From UHGV virus genome UHGV-0125821: a DNA stretch of 64,000 nt. One strand, given 5' to 3'. How positions within the stretch are numbered: the stretch's first letter is position 1; every line of letters begins with the position of its first letter. This document shows positions 10,206-20,721 of this stretch, piece by piece. The stretch comes from a virus. A program made the position numbers and the translations under genes. Under the pieces are notes generated by a model. It was not told where the DNA came from, ran no database searches, and saw nothing but the letters and a program-made list of their open reading frames with translations.

Positions 10206-10430
10206 ATGGTTAATGCCAATCCTTGCTCGCGCCCGGAATTTATCTGGCGTTTCCACTCCCTGCAAAAACACTGCGATCACTTCGCAATTGCCGCAACTGA
10301 AAAAGAAGCCCGTTCTCTGATCCCTGATCAACATGGCGTCCTGACTGGCCGTTTCTCTACTTCATCACAACCAAACACTAATCCTTGGTATCGCAATATT
10401 GCCAATCCCGGAATTGCGGAGGCACACTGA
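10206..10430 (+). CDS. Icd-like small protein (Ash/Icd family signature FIWRF...AATE.EAR)
   Basis: 74 aa from the ATG at 10206; motif PEFIWRFHSLQKHCDHFAIAATEKEARSLIP; paralog at 48952-49122. The 140-aa track ORF from 10008 is rejected. Confidence 0.5.
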   Translation: MVNANPCSRPEFIWRFHSLQKHCDHFAIAATEKEARSLIPDQHGVLTGRFSTSSQPNTNPWYRNIANPGIAEAH

Positions 10431-11137
10431 TGGATATCTGCATTCTTGAAAAGCCATCAATGACCAGCATTGAGATCGCGGAGCTGGTGGGAAAACGTCA
10501 TGACAATGTGAAGCGTACCATTGAAACATTAGCCGAATCCGGCGTTATTGTTCGTCCTCAAATTGAGGATGAACCAAAAATAGATGTAATGGGGCGTTCT
10601 CGATTAATTCAGGTGTTCCGATTTAGCGACGAGCAAGGCAAACGAGACAGTATTATTGTAGTCGCACAGCTTTGTCCTGAGTTTACTGCCCGGCTGGTGG
10701 ACCGCTGGCGCGAACTGGAAGAACAAGTACGCCAGCCGTTGACCGAAATAGAGATGATCGCCGCAATGGCTGCAAATGCAGTTCAGCAGCAAAAGCGGCT
10801 TCATGCTGTTGAGTCAAAGGTTAGCCAGGTCGCTGAAACCGTCGAGCAAATCAAGAAGGGCAACATTCCGGAAGGTTACATTGGCTACCGCCAGCTGGCG
10901 GCAAAATGCGGCCTGACCGAAGCCAAATGTCGCAACCTGGTTAACGCTTACCGGATTCCCACCGATACACATGAGTTTTTAACTCCAGAGGGGGTATTGT
11001 CGCGTCGTTCCATCGTGGCCTTATCTCCCTTCATGAATGCTTTTAACCGGATGATGTCGGAGGCTGAACACCGAGGAAAACGCTGGTATCACCCCAAAAT
11101 GGGGCAATTCCAGGTGATCGGTTGGGGAGGTGAGTGA
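10430..11137 (+). CDS. Antirepressor, Rha family (Ant-like)
   Basis: N-terminal SIEIAELVGKRHDNVKRTIETL is a Rha-type regulatory domain; ATG overlaps the icd-like stop (TGATG). Confidence 0.6.
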   Translation: MDICILEKPSMTSIEIAELVGKRHDNVKRTIETLAESGVIVRPQIEDEPKIDVMGRSRLIQVFRFSDEQGKRDSIIVVAQLCPEFTARLVDRWRELEEQVRQPLTEIEMIAAMAANAVQQQKRLHAVESKVSQVAETVEQIKKGNIPEGYIGYRQLAAKCGLTEAKCRNLVNAYRIPTDTHEFLTPEGVLSRRSIVALSPFMNAFNRMMSEAEHRGKRWYHPKMGQFQVIGWGGE

Positions 11138-11334
11138 TGGACATCATGCAGGCGGTAAAAAAAATCAGGGAAGGACAGGCTGAAGTGTGCCGCCGTAAAG
11201 CATGGAGTGTTGGTGTATGGGCCTGGCCTGATAATTACTCTACTACCGGATGGTTTTGTATTAATGGACTCCAGATCCGGGAAGTTGATTTATCGACGGC
11301 TGATATAGTCGGTAATGATTGGATCGTGACTTGA
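11137..11334 (+). CDS. Small DUF2829-like protein (Tad2-like fold candidate)
   Basis: 66 aa with AVKKIREGQ.EVCRRKAW and terminal DIVGNDWIV motifs, resembling the larger DUF2829 segment at 34130-34792. Confidence 0.35.
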   Translation: MDIMQAVKKIREGQAEVCRRKAWSVGVWAWPDNYSTTGWFCINGLQIREVDLSTADIVGNDWIVT

Positions 11335-11366
11335 AGCGTGATGCCCCGGCCTGGCCGGGGCTTTTT

Positions 11367-11852
11367 TCATGCCTCATTAGTTGAGGTTGCTGCGTCTCCG
11401 ACTGGTAACAGAGCGGTATTGCGTGGTTCGCCAGCAGGCCAGCGATAGCCAGACACTCTTGATGTTGGGAATGCGCGAATATTAACCGCATCCCCCTGGT
11501 TCCCACCCAGGACAAGCAGATCGCCATTGGCGCGGCGTCCGACAACGAAGCCTACGTGCCCACCGCCTACGCGGGTAAATACAACGATACATCCGTATGC
11601 CGGTGTATCTAATTTCTCGCCCCAATCCAGATAGGATTTTGCCGACTCAAATCTTGTTGAGCGGATGCCTACACGTTCCAGCATTGCACCGACAAATGCT
11701 GCGCACCACGGCGTTTCATCGTCTTTAATTCCGCCGCGCTTGATGTCGCGCCAGAACTGAACGATTTCAGGATTGTGTTTAGCGCCTTTTATTTCAGTCA
11801 GGCCAATGTGCTTACGGGCTTCAATTAGCCAGCGAGGTTCAATGTTTGCCAT
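11367..11852 (-). CDS. NlpC/P60-CHAP-like cell-wall hydrolase family protein
   Basis: 161 aa; candidate Cys in ETPWCAAFV and His in GGGHVGFVVG, typical of phage Cys-His peptidase families. Confidence 0.5.
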   Translation of the reverse strand: MANIEPRWLIEARKHIGLTEIKGAKHNPEIVQFWRDIKRGGIKDDETPWCAAFVGAMLERVGIRSTRFESAKSYLDWGEKLDTPAYGCIVVFTRVGGGHVGFVVGRRANGDLLVLGGNQGDAVNIRAFPTSRVSGYRWPAGEPRNTALLPVGDAATSTNEA

Positions 11853-12003
11853 ATTTTTCTCCCGGTCATGGGTTAATAAGTAGGCAAACTATGGGGAGTA
11901 TGTGATTTTGACGGTAGTATCGTCCCCCTGAAAATAACATTCTCCATACCCTCTCAACCGTACCGCATAGCGGAATTTTTTACGGTTTAGAGGGGGAAAT
12001 CCT

Positions 12004-15000
12004 TTGGACAAACTACTTCATTCAATCAGTGAAGTCTCCAGCTTAGGCGAACTGATTGAAATTGTTAGTCGGTTGCATAAATTACGTGCTGTTGCGACCT
12101 TTGGCGTCAGGAAAGCCGATGGTGTCAGTATTCAGAAAACACGCCGGGCAGCAAACAATGCCGCAGTAAATCTTCTTAATTCCCTTCCGCCCGGCTTCGA
12201 TGGGGCGAAATTAACTGACGAACAACGTCAGATTCTTGCTGGGTATACCGGTGAAGGCGGCCTGACAGATGGTGAGGGCAGCCAATACGAATACTACACG
12301 CCACAGTTTATGGCTGAAGGTATATGGGAGCTGTTTGCTGACTACGGTATTGATGGCGGTCACGTACTGGAACCATCAGCTGGCACGGGTATTTTCCAGG
12401 AGACAAAACGGCAGGGAATGATAATGACCAGCGCCGAGCTGTCTCCGATCTCCGGTCGAATCAACCAGCTGTTGCACCCGGAAGACGATGTGAACATTGG
12501 GGCGTTTGAGGCTCTGGCGGCGAAAGACGCAATGTATGACCACGCTGTTGGTAACGTACCGTTTGGCGAAGGCCGTTCCGGCGTTGCAGGGCTTGATCCG
12601 GCATATGCAAACGAGAAGAACGTTGGCAATTACTTTGTGCTGCGCACGATCGACAAGGTTAAGCCTGGTGGGCTTATCGTATTGGTGGTGCCAAATGGCA
12701 TGACCGATGGTACGAAATATAAAAAATTGCGCGATAAAGTCAGCCGTAAAGCGGAATTTTTGGGCGCACATCGTATGCCTTCCGGTACGTTCAGCGAATC
12801 CGGTACAGATACCGTGGTGGACGTATGGGTATTGCGTAAACACCCGGAAACCTTCCTGGAGATGATCCCCGACACGGATGATTCAACACTCAAATCGGCA
12901 AACGTCCTTTGGGATACCTTCCTCAAAGGAAAATGGTTTACAACCGAAGGGAAGCGATTTGTTTACGGCGACATGGAACGTACCAGCTTCCGCAATACCC
13001 TGGTGGTGAAAAAAGACGGTCGTGTATCCAATGAGTCGATGAAAACCGCGCTATCTCGTCGCTTTGATAGTCGCATCAATTGGGATTTGCTCGGCGTAAC
13101 TACTCAGGCATGGCAGGGCGCGAAAGTGGGCGATAAACGCCTTGTAGGCGGTATCTGGCATGAGTTTGATGGTCTGAAATGGGTTAAGGACACGACAACC
13201 AAATCCTCCGCGCTTGATGTAAGTCGATATGGTGTTTCGACGTTTGGCGATCTGCAGATCGCGTTTCAGTCAACAAATGGCATTCTGGCTTTGTCATGGG
13301 ACCAGATATCGGCGATCGCGTCTGACTATCCATCGGTTGTCAGTGATGAAGTGGCAGCAATGATTCGCTTTGCTGGCAAGCAGCGAGAAAAAGACAGGGA
13401 GCGCGTTATGCGCGGTGCACTGATAGGTCAGTTGATCAACAAGGCACTTGATTTGCGTAACCTGGGGGTGAACGTTGATGACAAACTGGCAGATGCATCC
13501 CGCCTGGCGGCAGCAGAAGTTGCGAAGTATGGACCACCGCACGTGATTAAGCTGAATGGGCTTGCTGAAGCTGGCGCTAAAAACTGGATGACGTTCACTG
13601 GCAATGTGAAACAGGATGGTTCCACTTCTGACCTTCTGGCAGGGCGACTTGATGTAACGGATGGTGCTGCCGGTATTGACTTTACGCGTCCTGAACAAGT
13701 GATAGCACATCTTTTTAGTGATGTAGCCCTTAATCCTATAACGCTGGGCGACTTTCGTGAGGCGTTTGCTGGTGAACTGCCAGAGGACGACGACGCGGCC
13801 CTTGAATACCTGGCGAAATTTGATGATATCGCTATTGATGGGTATGGCTGTCTGCTGCCGATGGACCGCGCCACCAGCGGCGATGTTGCAACCAAAACAG
13901 CACTGCTGGTGGGCTGGCGTGATGCGTCAACAGGTGAGCAGAAAGCGAACTTTGAGCGTCAGCTGGCGAAAATCGAAGAGAAACGCATTTTCACGCCACT
14001 AAATAAAGTCACCGTTAATCTGAATGCCCGCTGGCTGGATCGCCGCTTGATAAAAGAGTTCCTGGCAGAGCAGGGCTATGACGAGTTTAAGTACACTGAA
14101 CCTGATCTGAAGGTCGTCGATGGCATTCTGGTATCTCCGGACGATTACGAAGGTAAGGACGGGGTATTTACCGGCTATCAGCTACGAACCGTAAACGGCA
14201 AAAACGGGAATGAGTTCAAGAAGGCCAACAATAAAGACGGCTTCCTGAACCAGTTAGAAAACTACCTGAACGGTGTTAAACCGCGTGGGCAGAATGCTAA
14301 CGAGTACCTGGATAAAATTGCTCAACTGGAAGTTAGTTTTAACGACTGGTTACGCACTCACCCGCAGGCTGATCAGATAGCCCGCGAGTATAACGACGCA
14401 TTCAATGGTTTCATTCCGTTCACGCATTCTGACGCACCGCTTGGCCTGGAAGGGATTAGTGGAAAGCGCATTCCTCTGACTTATCAGAATGAAGAAGTGC
14501 GGCGCTTGTCAGAAGATGGGCGCGGCATCATGGGATTTGGTACCGGGCTGGGTAAAACCACGACCGCGCTTGCGCTTGAGGCGTATAACTTCGAAACAGG
14601 TCGCACTAAACGCACGTGTATTGTTGTTCCGAAGGCGGTTTATCAGAACTGGTATCACGAGGCACAGAGTTTCTACAGTGCTGATGCCTTCGCCAATATG
14701 ATGTTTATCGGTTTGGATGAAGTTCGTGATGACAGCGGAAATATTCTGACCGCGCCGGTGCTTGATGAAAATGGCGAACCACGCCTCGACAGTAACGGGC
14801 AGCCTCTTACCAGAAATGTTGTGAAAGAGTCCGCCAGCGCCGTTATCGTTCAGCGCATGAACATGATCCCGTCGTCAAATTGGCGAACGGTCATCATGAC
14901 AAAAGAACAATTCGCGTCTATCCCGCTACGAGAAAAAACCATCGATGAGAACTCACAGCAAGCTGTCTTTAATGCTGTGGAAATGGGGCGTCTTGACCTG

Positions 15001-18000
15001 GCGTCCGGTAAACACCGTGATGCGCAGAAGAAGAACAAGATTAAGGATCAGGCCGCGAATACCGGTACAACGAAGAAGCAGAATATCCCGTACTTTGAGG
15101 ATATGAACTTCGATAGCGTGATTGCCGACGAGGGGCATAACTACCGCAACTCCTTTAATGCCGGGCGTGAAGCGGGACAACTGGCATATTTGCCTAACCC
15201 GGCAGTATCCAAGATGGCCCGCGACATGGCTGTAAAAGCTGCGTACATGATGAAACGCAACAACGGGCGTGGTGTAGTCATGCTGACGGCAACACCGCTG
15301 GTGAACAGTCCGATTGATGCCTTCAACATGCTGTCTACTGTCATTCCGCAGGAAGAGTGGATGCGCATGGGCATCATTACGCCTGATGATTTCGTTCGTG
15401 TGTTTGGCAAAACAGCCACAGTTCAGGTCCAGAAAATTTCCGGGGAAGTGGAAGAGAAGCAGGGGCTGGTGGGCTTCCAGAACCTTGACGGCCTGCGTGG
15501 TATTTTCCATCGTTGGACCACTCTGAAGACTGCTGCAGATGTCGGAGCGACGGTTAAAATTCCCGACATCATCGAGAACACCTTGCAGATCCCGATGACA
15601 GGGGAGCAGGAGGCTGCTTATGAAGAGCTTCGTAAGCGTGCTCAGGAGTTAAGTCGCAATGATGAGCTGACAGTCGATGAAAACGGGCATATCACTAACG
15701 ACAAACCGGATGATTTCATCTTCTCCATCATCCGCGACATGGATAAGGTTGCTATAGATCCGGATCTGTATGCCAGTGCGATTACATTCCAGTTCCCCGT
15801 TGAGCTTGCAGACAAGGTAAAAGCTATTGCTGATGCCCTGCCAAAAGTCGCAGGCGGTAAAGTGGCAGAAGATGCAGACGAGGCCGAAGAAGACGGCGTT
15901 GGTGGACTGGTCAGTACGCGTACCAGCAAGGTAGTGAAGACCACCTTTAGTGAACATCCGGCGCATGTTGAAATACGCGCCAGCATTGAACTGGAAGCTG
16001 AAATACTGAAGGCCATTGCTGCCGCCGGGATTGATCTGCAGCAGGTATCACACCCCATCCCACCGAAGTATGCCGCGCTGATCGAAAACCTTCGTGAAGG
16101 TCTGAAGAACGGTAAACAAATTGTCTTCATTGATGAAAAAGCCCAGCACCAGAAGCTGCGCCGTATTATCGCCAGTGCACTGCAAATGCCGGAGCAGGAG
16201 ATAGGCATTATCAATGCGACGACCGTTAGCCAGGCTGGCGGCATCAAGCTGAAGAAGGTGAATAAGCCGACTGAACCTACTCCGAATAAAAACGGTGAAT
16301 ACAAAGAAGGGGCATGGGAAACCTACTACAGCAAACTTGCCCAATATGAGGATTATCTCTCAGCTAAAAATGATGCTGGCCTTGAGGGCATGGAAGGTAT
16401 TGCCGCCGACTATAACGAAGGTCGCACGCGCATCATAATCTGTAACAAGAAGGCTGAAGTAGGTATTAACCTGCACATCGGGACAACCGATATCCACCAC
16501 CTGACACTACCCTGGACACCAGCCAGTATCGACCAACGAAATGGGCGCGGTGCGCGCGTAGGGTCTCCGCAAGAGAAGGTCAATGTTCACTACTATTGTG
16601 GCAAAGGCACATTCGACGACTTCCGTCTGGATACGCTGAAACGTAAGAAAGACTGGATCAAGATGGTGATGACCTCCGACATGTCAGAGATCGCCAATGG
16701 TGATGCGGATGATGCTGATGAACGCGCCATTATGCTGGCGGCAAACCCGGAAGAACGCCGCGCAATCATGGCTCGCCAGGCGCAAGAGCGTGAAGAACGT
16801 CTGAAACTGAAAGCACAGCGCGAGGCCAACAATGCTCTCGATATCTACCTGAAAGCGGCAAACGCCGCCGGAAAAGATATCGGCATGATGGAGACAGAAC
16901 TGAAAAGCGCGATGGAACAGATAGAGTATTACCAGCGAAATCTTGACGACCTGATAAAAGCGGGTACGAACAGGAATGGGCAAAAATACGCACTTGAGCA
17001 GTTGAGTAGCTACAGAAAACGTGCGCGGGTGCTGCGGTTTGCGATCACCAGGGCAAAAGACGCGGATACCATAATGAAACGCTCTCGTGGTGATGTGGAG
17101 CGCGCTATTAAGTCTGGTGTGCTGGATATCAGTATCGATGTTATTCAGAACCCACAGGAATATATGCGCACTGACAAGAATATCCTGTTGCATAAAGGTA
17201 GTTATTACCGTGCAGTCATTGATGATCGCGAAACAACAGCGATTGTCCGGGTGGAAAAAATTGACGGTGAAAAAGCACAATACCTCTGCCGTATCGCCTG
17301 GCTGGATAGAGCAAGTCGTTACGCTCGAGCACCGGGGTCAATCGTTACATTGCCGTTTGACTCTGTGATTGAAGCGGTAACTTTTGAAGAGGGGGTAGCT
17401 GAATCGCGCGCAACGGCTGCGCGAGGTGTTCAGTGCCACCAGCTATCAACAATACTAACTCGCGATCAGTTCTATGATGCTATTCGCAATGGGGTAATGA
17501 ATGTTATTGCTGGTAAACCAGGTAATGCATGGGGCGGTGGGTCAGCTATTAAATACTGGGCATATCGCACAGATGATGGTCAGATTGCGCTGTCATCGGC
17601 CTATGATGGCGTGATAGGCCAAAAAATCGGGCGAGCATCGGATATAGCACCTGAGCGATGGATATATCCTGATGGCAACGACGAGGCGCTGAAGCGTGAA
17701 GTGGCAAAAATACAAGCCAGTGATAACCCGCTGAATATCGTGGACGGCGAGGGATTCCTCCAGGCATTGTATGGGTATGATTACATCCAGGGAATGCAGG
17801 CATGGGGCGCACAGGCAACGATGGATGATGTTGCCCAGGAGTTCGAAAACTGGATGGCTGGGCGTGGTCTGTCAGGTCGTTCGCTTAATAAAGTCACTTC
17901 TGAAGATATTCTTAGCTTGTTCCGCAAACCGTCCGGAGAAGGTCTGGAATCATTCTGGAGGACCGTGCTGGCATACCGTTTATTCCAGGGCAGGATGAAA

Positions 18001-18840
18001 GCCTTTAGCAATATCGATGATATTGAACGGATGTTTAATCAGGTCAAGATCGCGAAAATTAAGGCGAAGATCGAAAAAACACGTTCTGCGCTGGTGGCCT
18101 GGCGCGATGCATTGTTTGAGCAATATAAATCACTCAGTGATGCAGATGGATGGGCGGCATTGGAACAGCTGGCGAATAATGGGGTAGATGGAGCGAAACT
18201 CGCCATTGTTCAGGCTGATAACCCCCTGGAATCACCGGCAGCACAGTGGATTAAGGTGGGGGCTGTCATCAATGCATTTGATGAAAAACACATTAGTAAG
18301 GACGATTTTGCTGATGCTGTTTCTGTTAATCGCCTGGTAGAAATGGCTACCCGCCGCGCCCGTGAGTTGAAAGACGGCGACTATGTGAATGAGTTGCCGG
18401 ATACGCTCAAATCGGCAACGTGGCAGGACTATGTATCGCTGAAAAACGGCGGGGCCACTGAATCAGAGATCGCGGAAAGGCTTGAGCAGGCTGAAAGCAA
18501 AAGAGAAGAGCAGGCGGCAGTGGCTGAAGCCAGAGCTGATGAAGCGGCGAATGATGACTATATCATTGTGGTTAATGATAAGCCGATTCGCGCTAAGGCG
18601 CGTGTTCGCGGGCGCTGGTGGAGCGTCAGCGAGGACGTTGGCGCGGTTTATCTCATTGCCGACCAACCAGGTTCCTCGACAATACGGAACGCCAAAGACG
18701 CGATTAAGAAGATTGGCGGGCGTTTCTGGAATTTTGAAGCAAACCCGGTTGCTGATGTGAACTTTGACCGTCCTGCATGGATGGTATCTACGCGTTACTC
18801 GGTAGATGAACTGCGTAAAATAATCGCCGATGCGGCCTAA
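12004..18840 (+). CDS. darB: Giant methyltransferase-helicase fusion, DarB-like antirestriction protein (2278 aa)
   Basis: N-terminal MTase motifs (LEPSAGTGIF; DHAVGNVPFG); central SF2 helicase (GFGTGLGKTT Walker A; VIADEGHNYRN DExH box); size close to P1 DarB; TTG start after GAGGGGGA. Internal antisense ORFs are spurious. Confidence 0.8.
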   Translation: MDKLLHSISEVSSLGELIEIVSRLHKLRAVATFGVRKADGVSIQKTRRAANNAAVNLLNSLPPGFDGAKLTDEQRQILAGYTGEGGLTDGEGSQYEYYTPQFMAEGIWELFADYGIDGGHVLEPSAGTGIFQETKRQGMIMTSAELSPISGRINQLLHPEDDVNIGAFEALAAKDAMYDHAVGNVPFGEGRSGVAGLDPAYANEKNVGNYFVLRTIDKVKPGGLIVLVVPNGMTDGTKYKKLRDKVSRKAEFLGAHRMPSGTFSESGTDTVVDVWVLRKHPETFLEMIPDTDDSTLKSANVLWDTFLKGKWFTTEGKRFVYGDMERTSFRNTLVVKKDGRVSNESMKTALSRRFDSRINWDLLGVTTQAWQGAKVGDKRLVGGIWHEFDGLKWVKDTTTKSSALDVSRYGVSTFGDLQIAFQSTNGILALSWDQISAIASDYPSVVSDEVAAMIRFAGKQREKDRERVMRGALIGQLINKALDLRNLGVNVDDKLADASRLAAAEVAKYGPPHVIKLNGLAEAGAKNWMTFTGNVKQDGSTSDLLAGRLDVTDGAAGIDFTRPEQVIAHLFSDVALNPITLGDFREAFAGELPEDDDAALEYLAKFDDIAIDGYGCLLPMDRATSGDVATKTALLVGWRDASTGEQKANFERQLAKIEEKRIFTPLNKVTVNLNARWLDRRLIKEFLAEQGYDEFKYTEPDLKVVDGILVSPDDYEGKDGVFTGYQLRTVNGKNGNEFKKANNKDGFLNQLENYLNGVKPRGQNANEYLDKIAQLEVSFNDWLRTHPQADQIAREYNDAFNGFIPFTHSDAPLGLEGISGKRIPLTYQNEEVRRLSEDGRGIMGFGTGLGKTTTALALEAYNFETGRTKRTCIVVPKAVYQNWYHEAQSFYSADAFANMMFIGLDEVRDDSGNILTAPVLDENGEPRLDSNGQPLTRNVVKESASAVIVQRMNMIPSSNWRTVIMTKEQFASIPLREKTIDENSQQAVFNAVEMGRLDLASGKHRDAQKKNKIKDQAANTGTTKKQNIPYFEDMNFDSVIADEGHNYRNSFNAGREAGQLAYLPNPAVSKMARDMAVKAAYMMKRNNGRGVVMLTATPLVNSPIDAFNMLSTVIPQEEWMRMGIITPDDFVRVFGKTATVQVQKISGEVEEKQGLVGFQNLDGLRGIFHRWTTLKTAADVGATVKIPDIIENTLQIPMTGEQEAAYEELRKRAQELSRNDELTVDENGHITNDKPDDFIFSIIRDMDKVAIDPDLYASAITFQFPVELADKVKAIADALPKVAGGKVAEDADEAEEDGVGGLVSTRTSKVVKTTFSEHPAHVEIRASIELEAEILKAIAAAGIDLQQVSHPIPPKYAALIENLREGLKNGKQIVFIDEKAQHQKLRRIIASALQMPEQEIGIINATTVSQAGGIKLKKVNKPTEPTPNKNGEYKEGAWETYYSKLAQYEDYLSAKNDAGLEGMEGIAADYNEGRTRIIICNKKAEVGINLHIGTTDIHHLTLPWTPASIDQRNGRGARVGSPQEKVNVHYYCGKGTFDDFRLDTLKRKKDWIKMVMTSDMSEIANGDADDADERAIMLAANPEERRAIMARQAQEREERLKLKAQREANNALDIYLKAANAAGKDIGMMETELKSAMEQIEYYQRNLDDLIKAGTNRNGQKYALEQLSSYRKRARVLRFAITRAKDADTIMKRSRGDVERAIKSGVLDISIDVIQNPQEYMRTDKNILLHKGSYYRAVIDDRETTAIVRVEKIDGEKAQYLCRIAWLDRASRYARAPGSIVTLPFDSVIEAVTFEEGVAESRATAARGVQCHQLSTILTRDQFYDAIRNGVMNVIAGKPGNAWGGGSAIKYWAYRTDDGQIALSSAYDGVIGQKIGRASDIAPERWIYPDGNDEALKREVAKIQASDNPLNIVDGEGFLQALYGYDYIQGMQAWGAQATMDDVAQEFENWMAGRGLSGRSLNKVTSEDILSLFRKPSGEGLESFWRTVLAYRLFQGRMKAFSNIDDIERMFNQVKIAKIKAKIEKTRSALVAWRDALFEQYKSLSDADGWAALEQLANNGVDGAKLAIVQADNPLESPAAQWIKVGAVINAFDEKHISKDDFADAVSVNRLVEMATRRARELKDGDYVNELPDTLKSATWQDYVSLKNGGATESEIAERLEQAESKREEQAAVAEARADEAANDDYIIVVNDKPIRAKARVRGRWWSVSEDVGAVYLIADQPGSSTIRNAKDAIKKIGGRFWNFEANPVADVNFDRPAWMVSTRYSVDELRKIIADAA

Positions 18841-18876
18841 CAGATAAGGAGCGGCCCCAACTTGGGCCGAATTTGA

Positions 18877-19311
18877 ATGACGACATTAATTGACACTGTA
18901 AAACCGACGGAATCCTACCTTGAGGACATTTTGCCGCAGGCGCTCAATGGCAGGAGTGAAGAGGCGTTTCTGGATGCATATCTGAATGGCATGGTGGAAA
19001 GGCTGAAACGAGATCCACAGCTTTATCACCTTTATGGGCCGTGGTGGCCTGCGCTTAAAACGTTATTGCTGGAGCGCGGCGACATATCATTTGGACAAGT
19101 TGTAGATAGTGATGTGGCAGAGATCTACAAAATGAGTCGCCCGGCGCTTACGGTTTTGGCTGGGCATCTGTATTCGAGCGATCGCCTGGAAAATGACGCG
19201 GTATACAATCCTGTTCATGCTCTGGAAGTCGCACCTTATGCCGATGATACAGAGCCATACGTGTACATAAGTTACGACGAGTCTATAGAGAAATATCGAA
19301 TTATGGGGTAG
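18877..19311 (+). CDS. Hypothetical protein
   Basis: 144-aa ORF directly downstream of the darB-like gene. Confidence 0.5.
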   Translation: MTTLIDTVKPTESYLEDILPQALNGRSEEAFLDAYLNGMVERLKRDPQLYHLYGPWWPALKTLLLERGDISFGQVVDSDVAEIYKMSRPALTVLAGHLYSSDRLENDAVYNPVHALEVAPYADDTEPYVYISYDESIEKYRIMG

Positions 19312-19313
19312 CC

Positions 19314-19574
19314 ATGCGAAAGAATCGTAGGTTTACGGTCGAAGACCTAAAGGAATATTCCATATCGAAGGGGTATATCCTTGAGTTCCACCGATACAAG
19401 AAGGTTTTTACGCTGCGAAAAGCAGAAAACCCTGCGAACTGGAGCTGGATATACTTTCCTCACACCGATGATAAGTTGGTAGAACTTGTTGATGATTTAA
19501 CCTATGAAGGTTGGTTGATCGCAATCGACAAGACAATCAAAGAATTATCCGAACAGGATAAAATAACCCTTTAA
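19314..19574 (+). CDS. Hypothetical protein
   Basis: 86-aa ORF starting 3 nt after the upstream stop. Confidence 0.45.
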   Translation: MRKNRRFTVEDLKEYSISKGYILEFHRYKKVFTLRKAENPANWSWIYFPHTDDKLVELVDDLTYEGWLIAIDKTIKELSEQDKITL

Positions 19575-19710
19575 AAATAACAGGTTGGGTAAATGCCATG
19601 CGATTTACCCTCCTTGTTGATTAAGGTCACTCTTTACTCTAAAAGCAAATCCGACCTGTTGCATATAGACCATCCTTGAGTAGTATCTCTCTTGTTTTAC
19701 AAATCTAACG

Positions 19711-20205
19711 TTGTTGTTATTATTTTGCATATTTACTATCAATGGGTGTGTTAGAAAAATAGCGCGAAAGAGAAGGCGTCGCAGTGAATATTCTGAAACA
19801 TCCCCACATGCCGCAGCTCTTAGAGAACTGGAGAAAAACCCAGATCTAATCAAAAGGAACCATGAGCATTACGAGCAGGTTCGCGTCCTGGACTGGTTGT
19901 ATCGCAATATGCGTTATGTGTATGAGCATACTCACGCCACTCCAAACGGTGGCCTGCGAGGCAAAAGGACGGCAATAAAAATGGTGGCAGAGGGCCAAAA
20001 GAAGGGATATCCCGATCTTTCTATAGACCTTGCTTGTGGGGGATACCACGGAATGCGCATTGAGATGAAACATGGGAGAAATCGCCTGACTCCCGAACAA
20101 CTCGTCTGGATGACTCGCCTCACTGAAGCCGGTTACTACTGCTTTGAGGCGCGCAGTGCCGCTGAAGCCATAAAAGCTATCACGGAGTATGTTTGTCTTG
20201 ATTAA
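19711..20205 (+). CDS. VRR-NUC domain nuclease (start codon uncertain)
   Basis: C-terminal HATPNGG...GYPDLSIDL...IEMKHGRNRLTPEQLVWMTRL fits the VRR-NUC (PD-(D/E)xK) pattern; the track start is TTG and no well-supported in-frame start precedes the domain. Confidence 0.5.
   Translation: MLLLFCIFTINGCVRKIARKRRRRSEYSETSPHAAALRELEKNPDLIKRNHEHYEQVRVLDWLYRNMRYVYEHTHATPNGGLRGKRTAIKMVAEGQKKGYPDLSIDLACGGYHGMRIEMKHGRNRLTPEQLVWMTRLTEAGYYCFEARSAAEAIKAITEYVCLD
19747..19759. promoter_or_regulatory. Operator-like motif GTGTTAGAAAAAT
   Basis: Reverse-orientation copy of the recurrent motif; lies inside the 5-prime extension of the 19711 ORF. Confidence 0.35.
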
Positions 20206-20219
20206 ACGGAGAAATCGTT

Positions 20220-20420
20220 TTGCGTTTACTTAACGTGGCAGAACTTATCCCTGCAGGAACTAATGCTATCGCTCGTCGTCGCTCATGGCAGCAGGCTCTA
20301 TGTATTGAGATCTCGAAACGTATCAATGGAAGTTTTGAAGCTCACAATATTGTTACTGGCGATAAGGTTCACATAACCCCGGAAAGTGCAAGCGCTGATG
20401 ATTGGGAGTTTGTACATTGA
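20220..20420 (+). CDS. Hypothetical small protein
   Basis: 66-aa ORF, TTG start. Confidence 0.3.
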   Translation: MRLLNVAELIPAGTNAIARRRSWQQALCIEISKRINGSFEAHNIVTGDKVHITPESASADDWEFVH

Positions 20421-20716
20421 GCAAAAAATATTATGTGAGTCTGGCGTTCGCTGACGATGCGGGGAGGACGCGGAGTATCACGTTGAGCACACCGGTTAAG
20501 GCTGTGACAGCGCCGTTAATCCGTGAAGCACTCAGAGAGCTGGAATTGGGGGAAAACTCGGCACTGTTGTCGGTTAGTTGGTTCGGGAAAATGTCAGAGA
20601 AACAATACGTGGATGGAGTTACCCCAATAACAGTAATGAGGCTACTTTCATTGCTGCAATGGGCCATCGTACCTGTATTTATCGCGTATCTTATTTATCA
20701 GGCTGCAACACAGTAA
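20402..20716 (+). CDS. Hypothetical protein with C-terminal transmembrane helix
   Basis: 104-aa ORF ending in LLSLLQWAIVPVFIAYLIY; followed by a terminator. Confidence 0.4.
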   Translation: MGVCTLSKKYYVSLAFADDAGRTRSITLSTPVKAVTAPLIREALRELELGENSALLSVSWFGKMSEKQYVDGVTPITVMRLLSLLQWAIVPVFIAYLIYQAATQ

Positions 20717-20721
20717 TTGCA

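Noticed and set aside
10008-10430. 140-aa ORF-track protein spanning the region upstream of the icd-like gene
   Set aside because: Its first 66 codons run through the c4-like structured RNA and its antisense targets; the conserved Icd-like signature starts at the internal ATG (10206), which has its own RBS.
12360-18666. Many 60-220-aa minus-strand ORFs inside the darB-like gene
   Set aside because: They are antisense to a continuous 2278-aa reading frame with clear MTase and helicase motifs; no RBS or independent domain evidence.
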